Assembly: GCA_963827765.1 (NCBI GenBank)
Contig: CAWHBX010000002.1
Coordinates: 912,684-976,683, forward strand
Length of the DNA: 64,000 nucleotides
Source of the DNA: an uncultured Acidobacteriaceae bacterium
GTDB lineage: Bacteria > Acidobacteriota > Terriglobia > Terriglobales > Acidobacteriaceae
Direction of reading: 5' to 3'
The notes under the pieces: generated by a model
The model's input: only the letters and a program-made list of their open reading frames with translations
The model's database searches: none
Told to the model about the DNA's origin: nothing
Made by a program: the position numbers and the translations under genes
In this document: in pieces, positions 28,001-36,481 of the stretch
Numbering within the stretch: the stretch's first letter is position 1
Layout: every line of letters begins with the position of its first letter

Positions 28001-30445
28001 ATGAAGCCTGAAGCTACAAAAATTTCCGTCGCAATCGCGGGCGGAAAACAACTCTCCTTCGAAACCGGAAAACTTGCCAAGCAGGCCCACGGCGCGGTCT
28101 TGGTGCGCTTCGGCGACAACGTTGTGCTCGCCACCGCTACCGCCAATCCCGAGCCCCGCGAGGGCATCGACTTCTTTCCTCTCACCGTGGACTACCGCGA
28201 ATACACCTACGCCGGCGGACGCATTCCCGGCGGTTTCATCAAGCGCGAAGGCCGCATGAGCGAGCGCGAAACGCTCACCTGCCGCCAGATTGATCGCCCC
28301 GTTCGTCCCATGTTCGCTGACGGTTTCAAGTGCGAGACCCAGATCATCGCCCTTGTCCTCTCCGCCGACACGGAAAATGATCCCGATGTTTGCGGCATCA
28401 ACGCCGCTTCCGCCGCTCTGACCATTTCCGATATTCCATTTCTCGGCCCCATCGGCGCGGTGCGTGTTGGCATGATCGAAGGCCGCTTCATCGCCAATCC
28501 CACCTACTCTGAAATGCGCGACGGCGTGCTCAACATCATGGTTGTCGGCACCGCCGATGCCATTTGCATGATCGAATCCGGCGCGAAGGAAGTAAAAGAA
28601 GAGACGGTCGTTGACGCCATCGAATTCGGCCACACCGAAATCAAAAAGATCTGTGCCGCTATCGAAGAACTGCGCGCCAAAGTTGGCAAGCCCAAGCGCC
28701 AGGTGACGCCTCCGGAATTCGACGAGGCTTATTTCAAGGCCCTGGAAAAGAAGATCGGTGCTCGATTGGCCGATGCTCTCGACACCGCCAAGCATCCGAA
28801 ATCCGAAAGCTACGAACTGGTTCGGGTGCTGGAGAAGGAACTGCTCGCCGCTCTGCCCGAGGACGACGAACCGGGCAAAGCGAAGGTCAAGAAATACTAC
28901 GAGATCCTGCGCGAGCGCATTTTCCGCGACCAGGTGATCGACCACAAACGCCGTCCCGACGGACGCGCCTTCGACCAGATCCGCGAGATTTGGATCGAAG
29001 CCGGCGTTCTCCCCCGCGCCCACGGCAGCGCAGTCTTCACCCGCGGTGAAACCCAGGCGTTGGTCACCACCACGCTCGGCACCAGCGACGACATGCAGCG
29101 TCTCGAAGGCTTTGAAGGAGAAGGCAAGAAGCGCTTCATGCTGCACTATAACTTCCCTCCGTTCTCGGTGGGAGAAGTCGGCTTCATGCGTGGCGCTGGA
29201 CGCCGCGAGATCGGCCACGGAGCCCTCGCCGAGCGCGCCGTTTCCGCCGTCCTTCCCACCGAAGACAACTGGCCTTACGCCATGCGCGTCGTCTCCGACA
29301 TTCTCGAGTCGAACGGATCGTCCTCGATGGCCACGATTTGCGGCGCTTCGCTCTCACTCATGGATGCGGGCGTGCCGCTCAAAGCTCCCGTGGCTGGCGT
29401 GGCGATGGGCCTCGTGAAAGAAGGTGAAAAGTACGCCATCCTGACCGACATTGCCGGCGCGGAAGATCATTACGGCGACATGGATTTCAAGGTTGCCGGA
29501 ACGAAAGACGGCATCACCGCGCTGCAAATGGATATTAAGGTTGCGGGCATCACTTCGCAGATCATGCGCGAGGCGCTGGCCCAGGCGCAGCGTGGGCGGC
29601 TCTTCATTCTCGGAAAGATGGACGAGGTCCTGACCGCGCCGCGCGTGCAGGTTTCGGCTTACGCGCCTCGTATCTACACCCTGCAAATTCCGGTAGACAA
29701 GATCCGCGACGTGATTGGGCCCGGTGGCAAGATGATTCGCAGCATCATCGAGCAGACCGGCGTCAAGATCGACGTGGAAGATTCGGGCAAGGTCAACGTC
29801 GCTTCGAACGATGAAGTCTCGGCCAACAAGGCCCTGCAGATCATCCGCGACCTGACCGCTTCGGCCGAGGTGGGAAAGACTTATCTCGGCAAGGTCAGCC
29901 GCTTGGCCGATTTCGGCGCGTTTGTCGAGATTCTGCCCGGCTTGGACGGCCTGCTCCACATCAGCGAAGTCGCCGAGCACCGCATCAAGGATGTTCGCGA
30001 CGAACTGAAAGAAGGCGACCAGGTGCTGGTGAAAGTTCTGGCCGTCGAAGGCAACCGCATCAAGCTGTCGCGCAAGGCAATTTTGAAAGAGCAGCGCGCC
30101 AAAATGGGTGGCGCTCCGCCTCCGGAAACAAACGAGCCAGCGGGAGCCGAGCATTCGGCGCCGTTAACACCGTCAATGCCGCAAGGCGCGCCCACGGCGG
30201 TGATCGAAGGCGGCGCCGAGTTCGATGCGGATGACGAGCCGAATTTCAACCGCGTGGATGGAGTGGTTGCGTCAGTCGAGGCGGGCGCTGCGCGTCCGGA
30301 AGGCGGGCGCGAAGGCCGTCCCAGCGGCGGTGGTGATCGTGACCGCAATCGTCGTCGGCGCGGACGCGGTCCAGGAGGCCACGGTCCGGGAGGTCACGGC
30401 GGTGGCCACTCCGGCGGTGGTGGCGGCGGACGCGGAAGAAGGTAG
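28001..30445 (+). CDS. pnp: Polyribonucleotide nucleotidyltransferase (PNPase) with an Arg/Gly-rich C-terminal extension
   Basis: Two RNase PH domains, KH and S1 domains are recognisable (FMLHYNFPPFSVGE, GYKVSRLADFGAFVEILPG-type S1). About 100 extra C-terminal residues. Confidence 0.95.
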   Translation: MKPEATKISVAIAGGKQLSFETGKLAKQAHGAVLVRFGDNVVLATATANPEPREGIDFFPLTVDYREYTYAGGRIPGGFIKREGRMSERETLTCRQIDRPVRPMFADGFKCETQIIALVLSADTENDPDVCGINAASAALTISDIPFLGPIGAVRVGMIEGRFIANPTYSEMRDGVLNIMVVGTADAICMIESGAKEVKEETVVDAIEFGHTEIKKICAAIEELRAKVGKPKRQVTPPEFDEAYFKALEKKIGARLADALDTAKHPKSESYELVRVLEKELLAALPEDDEPGKAKVKKYYEILRERIFRDQVIDHKRRPDGRAFDQIREIWIEAGVLPRAHGSAVFTRGETQALVTTTLGTSDDMQRLEGFEGEGKKRFMLHYNFPPFSVGEVGFMRGAGRREIGHGALAERAVSAVLPTEDNWPYAMRVVSDILESNGSSSMATICGASLSLMDAGVPLKAPVAGVAMGLVKEGEKYAILTDIAGAEDHYGDMDFKVAGTKDGITALQMDIKVAGITSQIMREALAQAQRGRLFILGKMDEVLTAPRVQVSAYAPRIYTLQIPVDKIRDVIGPGGKMIRSIIEQTGVKIDVEDSGKVNVASNDEVSANKALQIIRDLTASAEVGKTYLGKVSRLADFGAFVEILPGLDGLLHISEVAEHRIKDVRDELKEGDQVLVKVLAVEGNRIKLSRKAILKEQRAKMGGAPPPETNEPAGAEHSAPLTPSMPQGAPTAVIEGGAEFDADDEPNFNRVDGVVASVEAGAARPEGGREGRPSGGGDRDRNRRRRGRGPGGHGPGGHGGGHSGGGGGGRGRR

Positions 30446-30486
30446 GGTCAGTCGCCCGTTACCCGTACCCAGTTGTCAGTAACGCG

Positions 30487-30512
30487 AAGGCCGCAGCAAT
30501 GCGGCCTTTTCC
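30487..30512. terminator. Bidirectional terminator hairpin between the convergent pnp and DUF4097 genes
   Basis: aaggccgca gcaa tgcggcctt, followed by ttccattt. Confidence 0.6.
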
Positions 30513-30538
30513 ATTTGGGGTCGCTTAGCAGCCGCCCC

Positions 30539-32047
30539 CTAATTCTCACTCTCAACCGGCGCCGCCTTTGGAGGGGGCAGCGCTTTCGCTGGCTTACCCG
30601 GTTTCCCCGGCGCGGCTGGTGGAATTGGCGGAGCAGCGGGCGCGGCTACTGCTACCGTTCCTTTGCGGATTTCTATCGTTCCTTTTTCGCAGTTCATCGC
30701 CAGCTTCGGGCCATTCGTTCCGATCGAGCCGCTGGCACTCGATTGGTCGTCGTCGCGCTTGTCAACTTTGATCTCGTCGAAGTCGCTCTCGATCTCTCCT
30801 TCGTGTGTGCGCGCCTCGACTTTGATCGCCGTATTCGGCGGAATGGTCACCGTCACGTCGCCCTTGCGGTTATCAATCTGAATGTTTCCCGGCTTGCGCA
30901 ACCCGACCTCGACCGTTCCGTTGGAGTCTTCCAGCCGCAGATCGCCCGACAAGCCTTCGAGCGCAATGTCCTTCGAGCGCGTGGTCAGGCGCATCGGCCC
31001 GACGAGCGAATCGGCGCGCAGATCGCCGGAGTCGAGATCCAGCCGGCCATCCAGCCGCGAAAATTCCATTTCCGTGCGTGACGAGTGGAAACTCACCGTC
31101 TTGCTGACGCGCACCAGCCGTACGCTTTCCTGAAACTCCCCATCCAGATGCAGCGCGCCATCCACATCTTCCACGGCCACTTCGTTGGCGCTGCCGTGAA
31201 TGTTCACGTCGCCCTTCACATGTCCCAGCCGCACGGAACTGTCGTCCAGGTTCAGCGTGACGTTTCCGGTGTGGTCGTTAACGTTGACTTCGCCGCGATG
31301 GTGGTTGACCTCGACATTGCTGGACATGCCCGCCACGGTCACATCGCCTCGGCCCGAAGTGATGACCAGCGCGGTATTGGCGGGCACATAAATATCCATG
31401 TCGGTGGTGACGCACTTGTCGCCCGCGCCCTGGGTGTTGGCGTCGAGCGTGACCACCTTGTCGGCGACGGCGATCTGCGGCTTGGTTTTCGTGTTGTACT
31501 TTTCGGCATCCTGCTGCTCCTCGGCGCGGACTTTTTTGCGCACCGAAATTTTCATCTTCTTGCCGTTCGCCACATTGACCGTAATCGTGCCGCGCTCGTC
31601 ACTGATGTGCAGCGTGCTGCCCACCGGAATTTCCTGCTCCAGCTCATCACTGTAGTCGAACGTGGACCCGCCAAAGATTTCATCCAGTCCTTTCTCATCG
31701 CCAATCTGGATGTGGTCACCGATGTCTTTCCAGTCCACGCGTGCCACCTGGGTTGCAATCAGTCCAGCCCCGATCAGGAACAGCATCAGGAAAACGCCAC
31801 CCACCCCAATGCCGCGCGCCGGCTGGCCCGAGCGCTTGGCCTGTTCATATTCGATCAACTTAAGCACTCCCCACAGGATCAGCAGGGCAGGCCAATAGCG
31901 GGCGAAGAGCGTCCCGAGGGTGTGTATATGCAGAACGCCCATCGTCCCCAGCAAAAGCAGCACTCCCATCAGGATCAGCACAACCGGCCCGGCGATGGAA
32001 CGGTGCGGAGGGCGCGGAGGATTCGGATTCATCATTGGGCTAGCCAT
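30539..32047 (-). CDS. LiaF-like membrane protein: N-terminal paired TM helices plus a DUF4097 (putative adhesin beta-strand repeat) domain, Pro-rich tail
   Basis: N-terminal YWPALLILWGVLKLIEY-type TM pair. Repetitive GDVTV/GEVNV/GDVNI beta-repeat pattern typical of DUF4097. Confidence 0.7.
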   Translation of the reverse strand: MASPMMNPNPPRPPHRSIAGPVVLILMGVLLLLGTMGVLHIHTLGTLFARYWPALLILWGVLKLIEYEQAKRSGQPARGIGVGGVFLMLFLIGAGLIATQVARVDWKDIGDHIQIGDEKGLDEIFGGSTFDYSDELEQEIPVGSTLHISDERGTITVNVANGKKMKISVRKKVRAEEQQDAEKYNTKTKPQIAVADKVVTLDANTQGAGDKCVTTDMDIYVPANTALVITSGRGDVTVAGMSSNVEVNHHRGEVNVNDHTGNVTLNLDDSSVRLGHVKGDVNIHGSANEVAVEDVDGALHLDGEFQESVRLVRVSKTVSFHSSRTEMEFSRLDGRLDLDSGDLRADSLVGPMRLTTRSKDIALEGLSGDLRLEDSNGTVEVGLRKPGNIQIDNRKGDVTVTIPPNTAIKVEARTHEGEIESDFDEIKVDKRDDDQSSASGSIGTNGPKLAMNCEKGTIEIRKGTVAVAAPAAPPIPPAAPGKPGKPAKALPPPKAAPVESEN

Positions 32048-33113
32048 GGTTCACCTCATTACTTGTTGGCGGAACGGGAGGGATCGGAGGCTCCGGAGGA
32101 ACCGGCCCTCCCGCAATTGGCCGGTTAGTGCCAAACCCCGTGAACGGAATGTGTCCTTCCACCGAAGCGCTTCCCTGCAGCAATTTGATAGCCCCAACCA
32201 CCAGCAGAATCACCGGCCAAGTGCGGTGAAAGCCAAGATTCCCCACGTCCAGGTTCTGCAGCAAGAACAGCACGCCGATAGTGAAAACCATCACCGGCCC
32301 CATAATCCGCCGCGTTCGGCAACGCGCACATTGGCACATTGTGAAAGCCAGCCCGGGGCCTATCATCCGCCGTGTGCGGCAACGCGCACATTGACAGTCC
32401 TGACCATGCGAACCCAGCATTCCCCAGTTGCGGGCGAACATCCAACCGCCGACGAAGATCAAAATCAACGGCCAGAAACGATCCAGTCCGTATTCCGTCA
32501 AGCCCAGGGTGTTGAGCAGGAAAAGCGTGCCCAACAAAATGAGCATGATCGCGCTCATCGGAATTTTACTGGTGTCGATTTTTGCTCCGCCTCCAAAGGT
32601 TGCTCCCAGACCGTAAGGGTCCGGCGCGGGCTGTCCTACTTGAATGGCTCGCGCCGAGCGCACCGCATCGATAATCTGGTAGACATAAAAAAAGGACATG
32701 CCGAGGCCGCAGATAATTCCCAGCGCTTCGCTTTGCCCGCTATCGCTGGCGCTGATTCCGGCGCACAGCAGTCCAAAGATGCCCAGGTGCGCCAGACCTT
32801 TGGCGTATTGCCCGTTGTACACGGCACCCACGCCGAAGGGGAAAAATCCGGCAAGAATCCCAGCCACTGCCGGGTTCGGTCCACTGCTAATTCCCGGAGG
32901 CGGTGGTGGCGGAATCTGCCCCGACGCTGCCGGGGAGAAGCTGCCGGGAACGAATCCCGCCGTTCCCGCCGGCACACCCTCCATCTTTGAACCCAAACAA
33001 TCCTCGCAGTAGATCACGCCCCGCACGGGACGGGTGCAGTTCGAGCACAGTGGCTTTCCGCAAGTGCGGCAATAGGCCACTGCCGACGCACCAGCATGAT
33101 TGGCGCAGTTCAT
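32040..33113 (-). CDS. B-box/zinc-ribbon domain polytopic membrane protein
   Basis: N-terminal CANHAGASAVAYCRTCGKPLCSNCTRPVRGVIYCEDC. Several TM helices, including WPLILIFVGG and WPVILLVVGAIKLL. CQCARCRTRR occurs twice. Confidence 0.7.
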   Translation of the reverse strand: MNCANHAGASAVAYCRTCGKPLCSNCTRPVRGVIYCEDCLGSKMEGVPAGTAGFVPGSFSPAASGQIPPPPPPGISSGPNPAVAGILAGFFPFGVGAVYNGQYAKGLAHLGIFGLLCAGISASDSGQSEALGIICGLGMSFFYVYQIIDAVRSARAIQVGQPAPDPYGLGATFGGGAKIDTSKIPMSAIMLILLGTLFLLNTLGLTEYGLDRFWPLILIFVGGWMFARNWGMLGSHGQDCQCARCRTRRMIGPGLAFTMCQCARCRTRRIMGPVMVFTIGVLFLLQNLDVGNLGFHRTWPVILLVVGAIKLLQGSASVEGHIPFTGFGTNRPIAGGPVPPEPPIPPVPPTSNEVNHG

Positions 33114-34042
33114 ACAAACCTCCGATTCGCGGTCCCCGTCACACTAGAGATGGCTTCATAACTCGGTTTTGGGTAGGGCACGGCTTCAAGAGCCTGCCCT
33201 GAGCGGAGCCGAAGGGTGCCGTTCAGGGCCTGAAAGAATGCGGGCTTCAGCCCCTGAGGGCTGTGCCTACCGAGCTGAAAAGCATTGATGGCACCAGCTC
33301 TAGATGGAATATCCCCCAGCGCGGCCAATGCCGGCTGGTTGTATTCCTGAGAGTAGTTACGCTCCTGTTTCTGCTCTGGTTTTTCACTGGTATTGTTCCT
33401 ACGATTTTCTTTCTCTTCTTCTTTCTGGTATTCGGCGCCGGGCTCGGCGGGAGGGTTGGCCCGCTTCAGCTCGCGCAGCTTCGATTCAATCTCGTACACG
33501 AAGCGAATATTGTCGTAGTAATGTACAACCTTGATTTGCGCTTCGTTGGAGGCATGACGCAACGCCGCTGGCCGCAGGTCGATCTTGGCGGCATCCGAGG
33601 GCTTGACGCCGGCAAAGTTCAGGATCAGCGAAAGTGAGAAGAAGATCATCCCGAACGACATCACAAAGCGCGGCTGCTGCACAAAGGCTGACACTGGTCT
33701 GAAGAAAGACGCTGAGAACGAGTTCCACCACTCGCGTGCCTGCTCCGCGAACGGAGCCGTTCCGTAGCCAGCCGTCGCCGCCAGCGGCCGCGTGCTCACG
33801 ACTCCACTGGTGGCTGCCAGAATGTTGTGTACCAGATGCGCCGGAGGCTCGACCGGCCCGAGCGTCCGCAGCCACTGCCGCCCCGCCTGCGCCTCCGCGA
33901 ACAACGGACCGCAAACCGCGCAGTCGCGCCGATGGGCTTCGAAGCTCGGTTGGCGCGCCGGGCTCAACTGCCCTTCGAGAGCATCGCCGAGCAGCGCTTC
34001 AAACTCGGTGCACTCAATCCCGTATTTTATTTCGTCCGACAT
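33110..34042 (-). CDS. Anti-sigma factor (zf-HC2 type), single TM segment
   Basis: HRRDCAVCGPLF motif near the N-terminus. TM segment FVMSFGMIFFSLSLILNFAGV. The start overlaps the sigma stop. Confidence 0.7.
   Translation of the reverse strand: MSDEIKYGIECTEFEALLGDALEGQLSPARQPSFEAHRRDCAVCGPLFAEAQAGRQWLRTLGPVEPPAHLVHNILAATSGVVSTRPLAATAGYGTAPFAEQAREWWNSFSASFFRPVSAFVQQPRFVMSFGMIFFSLSLILNFAGVKPSDAAKIDLRPAALRHASNEAQIKVVHYYDNIRFVYEIESKLRELKRANPPAEPGAEYQKEEEKENRRNNTSEKPEQKQERNYSQEYNQPALAALGDIPSRAGAINAFQLGRHSPQGLKPAFFQALNGTLRLRSGQALEAVPYPKPSYEAISSVTGTANRRFV
33172..33271. repeat. Composite palindromic repeat embedded in the 3' part of the anti-sigma CDS
   Basis: Outer stem ggtagggcacgg/ctgtgcctacc. 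It contains agcctgccctgagcggagccgaagggt, shared with the 18491/26895 family. Confidence 0.7.
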
Positions 34043-34641
34043 CAGATCACCTGCCTATAGGTACGTTGCAGGAGGCGCGCAAGTTCCGCTCGTCCCCGGT
34101 TTATTCTCGACTTGACGGTCCCCTCCGGGACCCTCAGCGCGGTTGCGATTTCCCGATAGTCCATGTCCTGCAGGTCCCTTAAAATCACCGCCTCGCGCAG
34201 TTCCGGAGACAGCTTTTGCAGCGCCGAATGCACCATCTCCCGCGTTTCCCGGCTTTGCACCTGCGCGTCCGGCAGCAGCCCTCGGTCCGCGATCCGCTCG
34301 CTCAGCGGCTGCGCGTCTTCATGTTCGGAGGGCGCTGAATCCAGCGAATCCGTCATCCGGTCTCCCTTGCTTTTCCGAAAGTGGTCCACCAGCAGATTGC
34401 GCGTGATGGTAGTGACCCAGGTCATGAACGCGCCCTTACCCGCATCGTATGTATTGAGAGTCCGATACATCTTGATGAAGACCTCCTGGGTGAGGTCCTG
34501 CGCGTTGTCGGCATCGCCGTCAAAACGGTAACAAATGTTGTAAATCCGCCGGTAATAGCGCTGAACGATCTCTTCCCAGGCCGCGGCATCTCCCCTAACC
34601 GAGCGACGGACCAGCAATCCGACAACCTGGGCTTCTTCCAA
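34042..34641 (-). CDS. ECF-type RNA polymerase sigma factor
   Basis: DNAQDLTQEVFIKMYRTLNTYDAGKGAFMTWVTTITRNLLVDHFRK and LRDLQDMDYREIATALRVPEGTVKSRINRGRAEL are present. Confidence 0.9.
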   Translation of the reverse strand: MEEAQVVGLLVRRSVRGDAAAWEEIVQRYYRRIYNICYRFDGDADNAQDLTQEVFIKMYRTLNTYDAGKGAFMTWVTTITRNLLVDHFRKSKGDRMTDSLDSAPSEHEDAQPLSERIADRGLLPDAQVQSRETREMVHSALQKLSPELREAVILRDLQDMDYREIATALRVPEGTVKSRINRGRAELARLLQRTYRQVI

Positions 34642-35256
34642 AACCAGACTCCGTGAACGCGTGTGAATGCCAAGCGGGCTGCTGAAAACTCAGGTTTCGC
34701 GCATCTAGCTTTGAAGGGGCATCGCTTGAGCGATGCCGGATTCATATCAGGGTATCGCTTTAGCGATATCGTTAGTTCTTCCAGATCAGACGCCCTTTTA
34801 GAGGCCGTGCACCGGCCGTCCGCCGCCGATCTGTCTTTAACAACACAGGAGAAGTACGTTTCTGTCGGACAAGAAGTTCCCTTGAATCATAAAGCTAGCG
34901 ATTGTAGCAGGAGAAGAGACAGCCTGAGCTTCGCGTCCACCCAAACTCTGAAGGATACCGTCCAAGCTCATTAAGGTTTCACAACCGGAAGGGGCGATCA
35001 ACGAAGAGCAAGCGACGGATTCCCGGTCGCAACACGCTCCCATCGGCTTCCCGAGCGGACGTAGGCGATGCGCGTCACGTTATTTCCCGGGCGATCGACA
35101 TACTGAGCAAGCGTACTTTGCGCAGCAAAAACCTGATATGACCAGCCACAGCAATGCGATTGCGCGCCAGCGTGGAAGTGCATGGCCTTTCGTTTGTCCC
35201 ATTTGTGATCTTGCGAAGTCCGCCACGGCCTGTGAACATCCATACGGGGTGAGACC

Positions 35257-36204
35257 ATGAAGATCCTGTTGGTGGAAGACTCAGTCATCGAAAGATACGA
35301 GGTTGGCAACTACTTGACTGAGTGGTGCCTCGACTACGTTGCGGTCGGAAGCGGCACGGAAGCAATCGAGCGGCTGGAAGCTCCCGACCCGCCCAATCTG
35401 GTCCTGCTCGACTGGCTGCTTCCCGGCCTCGATGGCATCGATGTCTGCCGCCGCATCCGAGAACTTGGAAAAAATGGGGCGTACACCTACACCGTGATGC
35501 TCACCGCCAAGAACCGGAAGCAGGACCTGCTCGTGGCCATGGAGGCTGGGGCCGATGATTACCTGGCCAAACCAGTGGATCCTTCGGAACTCCGCGCCCG
35601 AATCCTAGCGGGCAAGAGAATACTGGAACTCCAGCAGCGCCTGCGGTTCGCTGCCACCCACGATTTTCTAACCAACCTGCTCAACCGCTCGGAAATACTC
35701 TCGGTCCTGCAAAGAGAATTTTCGCGCAGTGAACGGGAGAACAAACCTGCAACCGTCATCCTGGCTGACATTGATAACTTCAAACGCGTCAACGATACTT
35801 TCGGCCACGCTGCCGGCGACGAGGTACTGATAGAAGTGGCGCGGAGACTAAAGTTGGGCTTGAGGCCCTATGATGTCGTGGGGCGCTACGGCGGCGAGGA
35901 ATTCCTTCTCATCCTGCCGGGCTGTGACTTGCCAAACGGCCGGAGACGCGCCGATGAGATTCGTGCCCTGGTTGGCAAAGATCCCTTCCCTACGCTTTTT
36001 GGGGAAACGTCTGCCACCATCAGCATGGGTGTCACGGTCACTTCGCTTTGTCCGGAACGCACGGTGACCGAGATCCTTGGCCAGGCCGATGCCGCGCTCT
36101 ACCAAGCCAAAAACAATGGCAGAAACTGCGTGGAAGTTTTTTCCGCGGCAAGCCCATCTTTCGCTCAGCCTAAAGCAAAAACGGCCGGCCAAGGCCAGGC
36201 TTGA
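35257..36204 (+). CDS. Response regulator receiver + GGDEF diguanylate cyclase
   Basis: REC domain (LLDWLLPGLDG, phospho-acceptor Asp context). GGDEF domain with RYGGEEF and an upstream RPYD I-site-like motif. Confidence 0.9.
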   Translation: MKILLVEDSVIERYEVGNYLTEWCLDYVAVGSGTEAIERLEAPDPPNLVLLDWLLPGLDGIDVCRRIRELGKNGAYTYTVMLTAKNRKQDLLVAMEAGADDYLAKPVDPSELRARILAGKRILELQQRLRFAATHDFLTNLLNRSEILSVLQREFSRSERENKPATVILADIDNFKRVNDTFGHAAGDEVLIEVARRLKLGLRPYDVVGRYGGEEFLLILPGCDLPNGRRRADEIRALVGKDPFPTLFGETSATISMGVTVTSLCPERTVTEILGQADAALYQAKNNGRNCVEVFSAASPSFAQPKAKTAGQGQA

Positions 36205-36481
36205 TCCCCCAGGCTCTGTCCTGAAGGTCCGCGTGGCCATCTTTTGCAGCGCGCGATGGGGCCGCAAGTCGCGCCGATTCGTGTTGTAACATCCTCATTT
36301 CTCCACTGCTTTTTGCCAGCCGTTCCCCGTGCTTCCGGGGCAGGTTCCCCGCTCTCCTCCATGTGACCAGCGTCACAAACATTTGTGATAGCGCACGTTT
36401 CTCGCGCATCCTGCGCCTGTCAAACTATAATCGCTGGGGCGATGTGGGAAGATATCCACCAGCCTGAGGAAACACCCAAAA

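Noticed and set aside
31085-32990. Two long + strand ORFs (31085-32128 and 31920-32990)
   Set aside because: They are antisense to the DUF4097 and B-box genes of the coupled sigma operon. Their composition is low-complexity and His/Arg/Gln-rich.
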